A stretch of DNA of 60,750 nucleotides, the filler included. It is 5 parts of 5 records of this genome, joined end to end, with 100 filler letters (N's around TTAATTAATTAA, not from the genome) between each part and the next. Parts side by side here need not be neighbours in the genome. Positions count along the whole stretch, not along the records: positions 1 to 11,363 come from SRR31156797_14062; 4 more parts are not named here. One strand, written 5' to 3'. This document shows positions 1 to 8,776 of the stretch, in pieces. The notes below the pieces were generated by a model. It was given only the letters and a program-made list of their open reading frames with translations, ran no database searches and was not told where the DNA came from. The position numbers and the translations under genes are program-made. The first letter of the stretch is position 1; each line of letters starts with the position of its first letter.

Positions 1-789
1 CTGGAGATCCCTGCCGATCCCCGGTATGGCACCCATGTGGATGGTCTGGCGCGGGCCCTGGCCCAGCGGAAGGTGGCGGCATGCCTGCTGGTGTCCAATT
101 TTCAAAACCCCACCGGCGCCCTGATGCCGGAGGAGCAGAAAAAAAGACTGGTTGAACTCACCCACGCCCATGGCATTCCCGTGATCGAGGACAATCTTTT
201 CGGCGAACTCTATTTCGGCCGCCACCGTCCCCTGTCCCTGAAAAAATATGACCGCAAGGACCTGGTGATCTACTGCTCCTCCTTTTCCAAAACCGTCTCC
301 CCCGGCCTGCGGGTGGGATGGGTGATTCCCGGCAGGCGATTTTACCGTAAAATTCTGGGGCTTCGCACCGGAACGACCATTGCCGCGTCAACCCTGGACC
401 AGTACCTGATCATGCGGTTTCTAAAAGCGGGAGAATATGACCGGTACATGCGAAGGCTCCGGGGGGCCATGAAACAGCAGATGGACGGACTCGCAGGAGC
501 CATCCGCCGCCATTTTCCCCCGGCGACCCGCCTGGCCGTACCCGAGGGTGGCGCCCTGCTCTGGGTGGAACTGGACCGGGCGGTGGATTCCCTGGCCCTG
601 TTCTACGCGGCCCGGGAAAAGAAGGTCGCCATTGCCCCGGGCATCTTTTTCTCCGTCACCGGTCACTTCAACCATTTTATTCGCATCGGTTGCGGTTTTC
701 CCTTTACGGACCGCACGGAAGCGGGGATTAAAGCCCTGGGCGAACTCATTTCGCAACCGCGCCCGGCCTTACCGCCACAAAGCCAATAA
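1..789 (+). CDS. PLP-dependent aminotransferase-like domain, MocR/GabR family (5' part outside window)
   Basis: Frame open from base 1. Motifs NFQNPTG, IEDN, SFSK(PLP Lys)TVSPGLRVGW and IAPGIFFS are typical of class I aminotransferase / MocR C-terminal domains. Confidence 0.85.
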   Translation: MEIPADPRYGTHVDGLARALAQRKVAACLLVSNFQNPTGALMPEEQKKRLVELTHAHGIPVIEDNLFGELYFGRHRPLSLKKYDRKDLVIYCSSFSKTVSPGLRVGWVIPGRRFYRKILGLRTGTTIAASTLDQYLIMRFLKAGEYDRYMRRLRGAMKQQMDGLAGAIRRHFPPATRLAVPEGGALLWVELDRAVDSLALFYAAREKKVAIAPGIFFSVTGHFNHFIRIGCGFPFTDRTEAGIKALGELISQPRPALPPQSQ

Positions 790-800
790 TTCCTTGATAA

Positions 801-1619
801 TCACATGGGTCCGTCAGCGACCCTGAGGCACTCCCTTGTCAGATTCTCGGCACAGAGATGATTAAATGTTATCATTCCGATGGCATCTTTCTTTCCCACC
901 GCCATGGCCGTGATCTCCCCGACCGTATAGCCTTCGCCATGGAGCTTCTTTACCTTGCCGACAAGCCCGAGAAAGTAATCCAGTTTTTTCCGGACCCCAT
1001 CGTAGCCGTTGGGAACCATCCCCTTATGGGCACAAAAAACGGTGTGAAAGCAATGGCGCAGTATGATTTTCAGGCTTTTGATTTCCTCTTCCAGGGTTTC
1101 ATCCGCCCTGAAAAGCCTGGGTCTTGTGGCAAGGAAAAGGTCTCCCGTGAACAGCCATTTCTTATCCGGTTCAAGGAAACACACATGATCCGGCGCATGG
1201 CCCGGGGTATGAACCGGTATGAGCGTGTGACCGCCGCCTGTTTTAATGACGTCCGGCATGGGCTCCGGTGAAAATGGTTCCGGAGTGCCCCAGAAAATTT
1301 TCTGGTAAAGCCTGAGGGGAAAACCATTTTCAATGCACTTCACCCCGTTTTCATGGACATGGACAGGCACATTAAAATGACGGGCGATGGGGGCGCCGTT
1401 TCCGCTGTGGTCTTCATGATGATGGGTCAGAAGCACCCGGGAAACCGGTCTATCGGACAGATAATCACTGACCGCCTTCCACTGATTGGGCGGACCTGTA
1501 TCAATGAGAATATCGTCAATTCGATAGATCATTGCCGTGCTGTTGTCCGCCAGATGGTACTTGCCGAACCTGGCCCCTTCCACACCTTCATGGTGTAATA
1601 AAGTACTTGCTCCGCCCAT
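801..1619 (-). CDS. MBL-fold metallo-hydrolase
   Basis: LIDTG, THHHEDH, HTPGHAPDH, LFTGD and CAH metal-binding motifs. Confidence 0.9.
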   Translation of the reverse strand: MGGASTLLHHEGVEGARFGKYHLADNSTAMIYRIDDILIDTGPPNQWKAVSDYLSDRPVSRVLLTHHHEDHSGNGAPIARHFNVPVHVHENGVKCIENGFPLRLYQKIFWGTPEPFSPEPMPDVIKTGGGHTLIPVHTPGHAPDHVCFLEPDKKWLFTGDLFLATRPRLFRADETLEEEIKSLKIILRHCFHTVFCAHKGMVPNGYDGVRKKLDYFLGLVGKVKKLHGEGYTVGEITAMAVGKKDAIGMITFNHLCAENLTRECLRVADGPM

Positions 1620-1656
1620 GGCTGCTCCATTCTGTTTTATTTTGTTTTGTCAAAAA

Positions 1657-2091
1657 CTAAATCTTTATATTCCTTTCCACCTTGTTCAACAGGAGAAAAA
1701 GGATTTCCTGCTCTTCGCGGCTCATTTCGTTAAACAATTTCCGCCTGAACGTTTCTGAGATATCCGACATGGTATCCACGTATTTCCGGGCCTTGTCAGT
1801 GAGTTTGACCTTTACGCGGCGGCCGTCTTCAGGGTCCGGCACTTTTTCCACATACCCTTTTTTTTCAAGCTGATTGATGATGTTGGAAACCGTGGATTTG
1901 TCCTTGTATGTCCGGGCAACGATGTCTTTAACATATCCCGTGCCCTGGTTATGGATGGCATAAAGGATATCGCCGAATGAAGGGGGAACATCCTTTATGC
2001 CCGCTTTGATCATTTCCGATTCAAGAAAGGCAAAGCTCGATTGACGGATACTGCTGAGTTTGTATAGGAAATTCGTATTATCTGTTTTCAT
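1657..2091 (-). CDS. MarR family transcriptional regulator
   Basis: wHTH DKSTVSNIINQLEKKGYV followed by DPEDGRR. Start reassigned to ATG 2091, just downstream of a TTGACA promoter. Confidence 0.9.
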   Translation of the reverse strand: MKTDNTNFLYKLSSIRQSSFAFLESEMIKAGIKDVPPSFGDILYAIHNQGTGYVKDIVARTYKDKSTVSNIINQLEKKGYVEKVPDPEDGRRVKVKLTDKARKYVDTMSDISETFRRKLFNEMSREEQEILFLLLNKVERNIKI

Positions 2092-2093
2092 GT

Positions 2094-2126
2094 TTGTTTC
2101 GTACAAAACAATACGTCCCCTGTCAA
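2094..2126 (-). promoter_or_regulatory. sigma70 promoter (TTGACA-17-TACGAA) overlapped by an 18-bp inverted repeat, probable MarR operator
   Basis: TTGTTTcGTACaAAACAA at 2094-2111 and TTGACA at 2126-2121. Confidence 0.55.
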
Positions 2127-2192
2127 GGTATCTATTCGATTTTTCCCCCGGGGGACCCCGCCTTTTTTGTTGACTTTTTGCGAAAAAAACAA

Positions 2193-2303
2193 TTAACCCA
2201 TACAAAGCTCTCGGGCATCCTCAACGGCGTGATGCGGGCCCTTGCAGGCCACGCAGGCGGCCTTGTATCGGTCTCCCTCCTTCCAGCGCCTTACAAGGCC
2301 CAC
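2193..2303 (-). pseudogene. 36-codon ORF resembling the C-terminal tail of a second NADH:flavin oxidoreductase
   Basis: Manual translation VGLVRRWKEGDRYKAACVACKGPHHAVEDARELCMG resembles the L.RRW..GD..A.C..C tail of OYE-family enzymes (recalled, not searched). Confidence 0.4.
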
Positions 2304-2327
2304 CTCCCCCCTCCTGCTTCCGTGTCT

Positions 2328-3563
2328 TTAATTGCCTTTGACGCGCCTCGGTTTAAACGCGTGGGCGCCCATGCGCCAAAAGGTCTGAACCACGGCCTTC
2401 CAGGCGTTCAAGTCCGGATTCGCCTCTTTTCCCTGGCCGATTCGGTAAAGCTGGAACTCATACCAGGTGATATCCAGCATGGCCATGCGATCCAGGGCTT
2501 TGATGCCCGTACCGGGCCGTTTCAGACGCGCTACATGGGCCGGGTCCGACATCAGCCGGTTGGGGAGATCGGGCTCCACGGCCAGGGGTCTGCCCAGACC
2601 GATCATATCGGTGACGCCGGATGCGAGGGCGGCCGCCATGGCCTTGCCGGACCGGAATCCGCCGGTGACCACCAGGGGGACGGTCAGTTCCTTGCGGATG
2701 GCATCGGCGTATTCGATAAAGTACGCCTCCCGGTCAGAGGAACTGGTGCCGTGGCCGGTCATGCTGGGGTTTTCATAGGTACCTCCGGAGATCTCGATCA
2801 GGTCGATCCCCTCCGCCTGCATGGCCAGGGCCACCTTCATGGACTCCTCCACGGAGAAACCGCCGTTTCTAAAGTCCGCCGAGTTCATCTTCAGGCCCAC
2901 GGGGTAATCGTCCCCCACCTTCTCCCGGATGGCGCGATAAACCGCCACAGGAAACCGCATCCGTTTTTCCGGGGTTCCGCCCCACTCGTCCTCCCGCCGG
3001 TTATGCCAGGGGGAGAGAAATTGGCTGAGGAGGTAACCGTGGGCACAGTGGATCTGAACCCCTGAGAATCCCGCTTTTTTGGCAAGGACGGCGCTTTGGG
3101 CAAATTTGGCAATAATCCCTTGGATTTCCGCCACCGTCAGTTCCCTGGGCGGACTGAAAGCCGATTTGAGGGCCCCGGTCAAGGGAACCGCCGAGGGGGC
3201 CACGGGCGCTTTGCTCAAAAAAGTCGGGCTCTGCTTGCCGGGGTGATTCAGCTGCATCCAGAGCCGGGTGCCGTTTCGGGTGCCCGCCTTGGCCCAGGCC
3301 TCAAACCGCGACAGGTCGCTTTCCCCGTCCAGGACCACGTTCCCGGGTTCCCCCAGGGCCCGGCGGTCCACCATCACATTGCCGGTGACCGAAATCCCGA
3401 TGCCGCCCTCAGCCCAGGTCTCGTACAGCTTCACCAACTCCTTTTTCGGATTGTGCTTCCGGTCTCCCAGCTGTTCGCTCATGGCGGATTTAAAAAGGCG
3501 GTTCTTAACGACGCTGCCCCGGGCAAGCTCCAGGGGGGTGGAAATGATATTTGTTTCATTCAT
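2328..3563 (-). CDS. NADH:flavin oxidoreductase / old yellow enzyme family
   Basis: NRLFKSAMSE, QLNHPG, GVQIHCAHGYLLSQFLSP, N.R.DEWGG and IEISGGTYE motifs. Confidence 0.92.
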   Translation of the reverse strand: MNETNIISTPLELARGSVVKNRLFKSAMSEQLGDRKHNPKKELVKLYETWAEGGIGISVTGNVMVDRRALGEPGNVVLDGESDLSRFEAWAKAGTRNGTRLWMQLNHPGKQSPTFLSKAPVAPSAVPLTGALKSAFSPPRELTVAEIQGIIAKFAQSAVLAKKAGFSGVQIHCAHGYLLSQFLSPWHNRREDEWGGTPEKRMRFPVAVYRAIREKVGDDYPVGLKMNSADFRNGGFSVEESMKVALAMQAEGIDLIEISGGTYENPSMTGHGTSSSDREAYFIEYADAIRKELTVPLVVTGGFRSGKAMAAALASGVTDMIGLGRPLAVEPDLPNRLMSDPAHVARLKRPGTGIKALDRMAMLDITWYEFQLYRIGQGKEANPDLNAWKAVVQTFWRMGAHAFKPRRVKGN

Positions 3564-3581
3564 GGCGCTCTCCTTTACAAT

Positions 3582-3596
3582 TAGACCGGTCGTCTA
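3582..3596. promoter_or_regulatory. TetR (NemR-like) operator upstream of the OYE gene
   Basis: Palindrome TAGAC-CGGTC-GTCTA. The same 13-bp core recurs at 4329-4341. Confidence 0.7.
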
Positions 3597-3682
3597 TTAT
3601 CAGATCAAATAAAATGCCCGGGCTCCCCGATCATTCGTTTTATTCACCGGCAGGCGTCAGGCAATGGGCACCGGTTCATGGT

Positions 3683-4315
3683 TCATTCTTTGTGGAACGT
3701 GTCCGGTTGCGGACCTTTCCCCCAGGGCACAAAAAGGACATCCAGAATCACATGGATAAGCTCCCGCAAATGCGCGGTATCCCCGTCAATTTTCATTCTC
3801 AGGAGCCCGCCCTGCCAGGTGCTCCAGAACATATCCGTGAGGCTCTCCGCCGGCAGGTCATCCCGGATCTGCCCGGCCTCCTGGCCCGCTTCAATCAGGG
3901 ATACGATTCGATGCTTCCAGCCCTCAAACGCCTGCTGCATGGTGAGCCGGCACAGGCTGCTGGAGGTGCCGAGTTCGGCTGCCAGATTACCGATGAGGCA
4001 GCCCTGGCGGCCATGTGCTTCCAGCTCATCGGCCACCGCGGTATAGAGGTTCCGGATCGTGGTGACCGGATCGTCGGTGGTGGTTTCCAGATAGGCGTCC
4101 ATCCGCGTGATGAGCCCCTGGCTGTAGAACTCGATGATCTCGGACACATACGCCTCTTTGCTCTCGAAATAGTTGTAAAAAGAGCCCTTGGGAACCTGGA
4201 CCGTATCCAGGATCTTCTTCAGGCCGCATCCGTGGTATCCGTGTTCCGAAAGCAGGGTAACCCCTTGCTCCAGAAGCTTTTGCCGTGTATGTTCGCTTTT
4301 CCTTGGTCGTCCCAT
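3683..4315 (-). CDS. TetR/AcrR family regulator, NemR-like
   Basis: HTH VPKGSFYNYFESKE and C-terminal GCLIGNLAAE as in NemR-type repressors. Adjacent to an OYE gene. Confidence 0.88.
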   Translation of the reverse strand: MGRPRKSEHTRQKLLEQGVTLLSEHGYHGCGLKKILDTVQVPKGSFYNYFESKEAYVSEIIEFYSQGLITRMDAYLETTTDDPVTTIRNLYTAVADELEAHGRQGCLIGNLAAELGTSSSLCRLTMQQAFEGWKHRIVSLIEAGQEAGQIRDDLPAESLTDMFWSTWQGGLLRMKIDGDTAHLRELIHVILDVLFVPWGKGPQPDTFHKE

Positions 4316-4327
4316 GGAGAAAACTAT

Positions 4328-4342
4328 AAGACCGGTCGTCTT
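4328..4342. promoter_or_regulatory. TetR autoregulatory operator
   Basis: AAGAC-CGGTC-GTCTT, 12 bp upstream of the tetR start. Confidence 0.7.
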
Positions 4343-4477
4343 TTAATTCAAGTTTTTTTGTCATTCGTCTGCTATAGCTCACAATCCATAGACATTCCAT
4401 CCTTTTGCATGGTGCTTTTTTCCTGCCGATCCCTTAATATACCCCCATGGATAAAAAAAATTGAAAAGGGGAACAAC

Positions 4478-5335
4478 ATGAAAAAGGTCCTGCTGGCAGG
4501 AATAACCGGTTATCTGGGAGGCTATATTGCCGAAGAACTTCAAAACAGAGGCTACCCCCTCAGGGCAATTGCCCGCACCCCGGAAAAACTGAAGCAAAAA
4601 GATTCGATCACAGGCGAGATACGCAAGGCGGAACTAACGCAGCCGGACACGATCAAAGATTGTTGCGCAAACGTTGATGTCGTTATTTCAACCGTTGGTA
4701 TTACAAGGCAAAAAGATGGCCTCACCTATATGGACGTAGATTACCAGGCCAATATGAACCTGCTGGGGCAGGCAAAAATCAGCGGCGTGAAGAAGTTCAT
4801 CTACATTTCGGTTTTAAATGGGGAAAAGCTGAGACATCTGAAAATTTGCCATGCCAAAGAGAGGTTTGTCGAGGAATTGGAAAAATCAGGATTGGATTAC
4901 TGCATCATCCGTCCGAATGGATTTTTCTCGGATATGACCGAATTCCATACAATGGCGGCAAAAGGACGCATCTATTTATTCGGGGATGGAAAATTCAAGA
5001 CCAACCCGATCCATGGCAGGGACCTGGCAGCGGTCTGTGTGGACGCCATTGAAAAACCGGATAAGGAAATCAAGGCGGGGGGACCTGAAATCCTTACCCA
5101 TGATCAGATTGCAAGGACGGCGTTTGAAAGTGCCGAAGTACCGCCAAAGATAACTCATATCCCGGACTGGATACGAATTACCATTCTCAAAATGGCCAGG
5201 TTTTTTACGGGAAGCAAGGTGTACGGCCCTATTGAATTTTTCCTGACGGTCATGTCAATGGATATGATTGCCCCGGAGTATGGGACCCACACATTGAAAG
5301 AATATTTCCATGGACTGAGCCACACGGAAACCTAA
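4478..5335 (+). CDS. Atypical SDR / NAD(P)H-binding oxidoreductase
   Basis: Rossmann motif KVLLAGITGYLG, DVDYQAN and IIRPNGFF. Real start is ATG 4478 after a purine-rich RBS; the ORF-track extension from 3551 is an antisense shadow of tetR. Confidence 0.88.
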   Translation: MKKVLLAGITGYLGGYIAEELQNRGYPLRAIARTPEKLKQKDSITGEIRKAELTQPDTIKDCCANVDVVISTVGITRQKDGLTYMDVDYQANMNLLGQAKISGVKKFIYISVLNGEKLRHLKICHAKERFVEELEKSGLDYCIIRPNGFFSDMTEFHTMAAKGRIYLFGDGKFKTNPIHGRDLAAVCVDAIEKPDKEIKAGGPEILTHDQIARTAFESAEVPPKITHIPDWIRITILKMARFFTGSKVYGPIEFFLTVMSMDMIAPEYGTHTLKEYFHGLSHTET

Positions 5336-5360
5336 CGGCCCCCTCCCCTTTAACGTTCCG

Positions 5361-6026
5361 CTACTCGTACCCCTGGAGCAATTCCTCGAGCAGGGGCCGC
5401 GACAGCAGGCGAATACCCCCGTCCTCGCATGCGATCACCCCCATATCCTGGAGTTTTTTCAGCACCCTGTTAATGCTCCGCAGGCTGGTCCCCAGATAAT
5501 CCGCAAGATCGCTCCTGGAAAACGTGAGGAGATCGGCGTCTTCCTTTCCCGGCAGGCGCTTGAAGAGTTCCAGCACCGAATATTCCAGGGGATAGGAGAG
5601 ATGGGTGGCGGCCCGGATTCCAAGCCCCCGCAGGCGCTGGCACAACAGCTTATTGACCAGCAGGGAAAAATCCGGGTCCTCACTGAGCCACTGGAGGTAC
5701 ACCTTTCTGGTGAACCGCACCACCGTGCATGTCGTGACGGACTCGATGCTGCACAGGTAGGGGTCACCCGTCAGGATCTCCACCTCCCCCGCAAGCTCGC
5801 CGGGTCCCATCATGGCCATCAGATATTCGTTTCCCTTCGGGGTGGCCCGATTTACCCGGACCTGTCCTTCCAGAAAAATAAAAAGATATTTCGGCTCATC
5901 CCCCTGGCGCAGGAAAAGATGCCCCGGGGGAACCGTTATCCTTTCCAGTTTTTCCTTTAAGGCGCCGGAAAGCCCGGCATAAATGCTGAGGAGCTCTTCC
6001 GCGAGCGTCTGTGTTCCGTTTTCCAT
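5361..6026 (-). CDS. Crp/Fnr family transcriptional regulator
   Basis: cNMP-binding domain (LRQGD...GELAGEVE) plus HTH LADYLGTSLRSINRVL. Confidence 0.9.
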   Translation of the reverse strand: MENGTQTLAEELLSIYAGLSGALKEKLERITVPPGHLFLRQGDEPKYLFIFLEGQVRVNRATPKGNEYLMAMMGPGELAGEVEILTGDPYLCSIESVTTCTVVRFTRKVYLQWLSEDPDFSLLVNKLLCQRLRGLGIRAATHLSYPLEYSVLELFKRLPGKEDADLLTFSRSDLADYLGTSLRSINRVLKKLQDMGVIACEDGGIRLLSRPLLEELLQGYE

Positions 6027-6039
6027 AATTCGTTTTCCG

Positions 6040-6051
6040 GGACAAATGTCC
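6040..6051. promoter_or_regulatory. Palindrome GGACA-AA-TGTCC in the divergent promoter, candidate Crp/Fnr-family site
   Basis: Perfect 5-2-5 inverted repeat between the regulator and the HAD gene. Confidence 0.5.
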
Positions 6052-6123
6052 TTTACCCCTGGCGTCGTTCTGATAATTTACCGTCATTTCAAGCATGGCA
6101 ACGTAACATAAAAAGGAGCATTA

Positions 6124-6828
6124 ATGAACGTTAAAGATATTCGGGTGGTGGGATTCGATGCCGACGACACCCTGTGGGTGAATGAACCCATTTTCCAGGA
6201 GGGGGTCAGCCGATTGATCGATCTGCTGTCAAATCACACGAATCCGGAAATTGTCAGGGCGCGTCTGATGGACGTGGGGATAGAAAATCTCAAATTGTTC
6301 GGGTACGGCATCAAGGGATTTGTGCTTTCCATGGTTGAAACGGCTATCGATATCAGCCAAGGGGCGGTGACCGGAAAGGAAATCCGGCAGATTCTCGAAA
6401 TGGGAAAGGAAATGATGCGGCAGCCGGTGGAGCTGATCAATGGAGTGGAAGAGGTTCTCCAGACGCTCCAGGGGCCCTACCGGTTAATGCTCATCACCAA
6501 GGGGGACCTGTTTGACCAGGAATCCAAGATTGCACGATCCAATCTGGCGGACTATTTTTCTGACATCGAGATCCTGACGGAAAAAAATGAGCCGGCCTAT
6601 GAAAATGTGCTGGCAAGGCACCGGATCTCAAACACGGAATTCCTGATGATCGGGAATTCGCTGAAATCGGACGTAATGCCCGTGGTGAACATCGGAAGCC
6701 AGGCCGTACATATTCCCTTTCACACGACGTGGGAACATGAACAGATTGAACTTCCGCCGGAATCGAAACGTCCCTACCTGGAACTTGGCAAGATCAAAGA
6801 GGTGTTGCCGCTGTTAAGAATGAAATAA
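6124..6828 (+). CDS. HAD superfamily hydrolase
   Basis: FDADDTLW motif I, ITKGD and MIGNSLKSD. AAGGAG RBS. Confidence 0.9.
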   Translation: MNVKDIRVVGFDADDTLWVNEPIFQEGVSRLIDLLSNHTNPEIVRARLMDVGIENLKLFGYGIKGFVLSMVETAIDISQGAVTGKEIRQILEMGKEMMRQPVELINGVEEVLQTLQGPYRLMLITKGDLFDQESKIARSNLADYFSDIEILTEKNEPAYENVLARHRISNTEFLMIGNSLKSDVMPVVNIGSQAVHIPFHTTWEHEQIELPPESKRPYLELGKIKEVLPLLRMK

Positions 6829-6844
6829 AAAACCGGAAGTATTT

Positions 6845-7486
6845 ATGAAAATCATTGATCAAAAACACTGGAAGCGGAAAAGCCATTTTGACTTTTTCAG
6901 GGTCATGGAATTCCCCCACTTCAATCTCTCTTTCAATTTCGATATCACGGCATCCAAAGCCTACGCAAAAGAAAAGGAACTCTCTCTCTTCAAAATACTG
7001 CTCTATGTATCAACCCTTTCGGCCAACCGGGTCCCTGAATTGAAAACCAGGATTCGGGGGGATGAGGTGGTCGCCCATGACCTGGTACACCCTGCCTTTA
7101 CAACCCTTAACGAGGATGAGATTTTTAATTTCTGCTCGGTGGATTTTTCCGATCACCCCCACCGTTTCTTCAGGGAGGTGGAACAAAACACCCGGGCCGT
7201 CCAAAAAAGAAAGCACCTTGAATCGGATCAATCGGGCAGGGACGACCTTCTGTATATCACCTGCATTCCCTGGCTGCAGTTCACCAGCCTCCAGCACCCG
7301 GTCCACCTGGATAATAACGACTCGGTCCCCAGGCTTTCATGGGGAAAGTATTTCATGCAGGACCGCAACTGGATGCTGCCCTACTCTCTTCAGGCCCATC
7401 ACGGACTGGCGGACGGTTTCCACGCAGGCCGGTTCTTTGAAATCATGCAGGAGATGCTGAATGCCCCCCACCAGTATCTGGAATAA
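6845..7486 (+). CDS. CatA-like O-acetyltransferase (chloramphenicol acetyltransferase family)
   Basis: W.RK.HF.FF N-terminus, TCIPWLQFTS, PRLSWGKY and catalytic HHGLADGFH (HHxxxDG). Confidence 0.85.
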   Translation: MKIIDQKHWKRKSHFDFFRVMEFPHFNLSFNFDITASKAYAKEKELSLFKILLYVSTLSANRVPELKTRIRGDEVVAHDLVHPAFTTLNEDEIFNFCSVDFSDHPHRFFREVEQNTRAVQKRKHLESDQSGRDDLLYITCIPWLQFTSLQHPVHLDNNDSVPRLSWGKYFMQDRNWMLPYSLQAHHGLADGFHAGRFFEIMQEMLNAPHQYLE

Positions 7487-7618
7487 GGCCCGGTCATCTG
7501 TACCCATTGTTTTTTTCAACAAGTGTTCCTTTTAAGACCATGAGGAATCGTCTATATTACTTGTGGCAGGAAAACCGATGCGGAAGATAAAATAAAGAAA
7601 AATGGATCAGGAGCGAAA

Positions 7619-8404
7619 ATGATGAGGGAGTTTACATTCAAAAAAATAGACGCCTTTGCAACGGAACGGTCCTCCGGAAATCCGGCCGGATACGTCCGTC
7701 TTGCTTCCCCGGCCGATATCAGTGAGGAAGAAATGCTTCAGATAGCCAGGGAACTCAAAGGGTTCGTAAATGAAGTCGGTTATATGGCCGGGATATCGGA
7801 AAGCGTTTTTGCCCTGAGATATTTTTCATCGGAAAGGGAAGTTGAATTCTGCGGTCACGCCACAATCGCCATTATGTATGACCTGATAAAAAGCGATGAA
7901 TATTTACAGACGTTCGACGAACTCCGGATTAGAACCAACAGCGGCGAATTATCCGTCGAAAACAGAATCGAAAGGGAAGACGCGGTTTTTATCATGTCTC
8001 CGGAGCCTGTTCATAAGGAAATATCGGTTGAGGCACAAACCGTCGCCGGAAAATTAAAGATCGAACCGGAAGAAATAAACACCGCCCATCCCATTTCGGT
8101 GATCAATGCCGGATTGTCAACCTTGCTGGTTCCCATAAAAACCTTAACATCCATTCTCGCCGTTTCACCGGATCTGGAAGAACTGAGGCAATTCTGCCTT
8201 GACTCGGGAATCGATATTATTGAAATTTTCACAGAGGATGTCACCGATGAACGGAACCACTTCAGGACAAGGGTATTTGCCCCGACCTTCGGATATCTGG
8301 AAGACCCTGCCACAGGATCGGGAAATTCCGCCGGGGCGCCAATTGACGCCCCTTTATTTACACAAAACGGGAAACACTTCGATTATTCGGCTTTTAATTA
8401 TTGA
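7619..8404 (+). CDS. PhzF family isomerase/epimerase, apparently C-terminally truncated
   Basis: IDAF...GNPA, EVEFCGHAT and RVFAP...EDPATGSGNSA. The sequence after about 8331 no longer looks like PhzF and overlaps a convergent gene. Confidence 0.8.
   Translation: MMREFTFKKIDAFATERSSGNPAGYVRLASPADISEEEMLQIARELKGFVNEVGYMAGISESVFALRYFSSEREVEFCGHATIAIMYDLIKSDEYLQTFDELRIRTNSGELSVENRIEREDAVFIMSPEPVHKEISVEAQTVAGKLKIEPEEINTAHPISVINAGLSTLLVPIKTLTSILAVSPDLEELRQFCLDSGIDIIEIFTEDVTDERNHFRTRVFAPTFGYLEDPATGSGNSAGAPIDAPLFTQNGKHFDYSAFNY
8332..8353. terminator. GC-rich hairpin at the PhzF / NDK-like junction
   Basis: GGGGCG(c)CAATTG(a)CGCCCC inverted repeat directly after the stop of the minus-strand ORF. 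Confidence 0.4.
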
Positions 8405-8776
8405 TTTGTGGCTACGGGCTTCCTCCTGGGAATCAGGCGTATGCAAAAATCCGCCTTTCTTGTATTCCCAACCCCAGATTTCATACCGGATATTATGCTT
8501 CAGGCGGTACATACGGTTTATGGCGTTCGTCCCTTCAATAATATACATATCCAGTTTGAAGAGTGGAGGAAAGCGCAATATTGAGGCGATTCGAGGGATC
8601 CATTCATCGTACAATTCAAAGATATCACCAAAGGTCAGGCGAACCTTCCACCTTTCGGAAATCACCAATCCGCTTTCCTTGATTCTTTGCTCGATAAAGG
8701 CATTTTTCCCTGTAATATAGGCCTCGGACTTTAAAAGACAAAAAGTCTCCTGATTTTTTTCCACTTGACGATCCAT
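8354..8776 (-). CDS. Divergent nucleoside-diphosphate-kinase-fold protein
   Basis: TFCLLKSEA ~ TF..IKPDA, IEQRIKESGLVI, IIEGTNAI and LHTPDSQEEA ~ VHGSDS.ESA occur in NDK order. Start uncertain (8794, 8776 or 8764). Confidence 0.55.
   Translation of the reverse strand: MDRQVEKNQETFCLLKSEAYITGKNAFIEQRIKESGLVISERWKVRLTFGDIFELYDEWIPRIASILRFPPLFKLDMYIIEGTNAINRMYRLKHNIRYEIWGWEYKKGGFLHTPDSQEEARSHKSIIKSRIIEVFPVLCK

Noticed and set aside
3551-4477. N-terminal 309 aa of the 594-aa ORF 3551-5335, suggesting a large fusion protein
   Set aside because: It is the antisense shadow of tetR. The SDR homology and RBS begin at ATG 4478.
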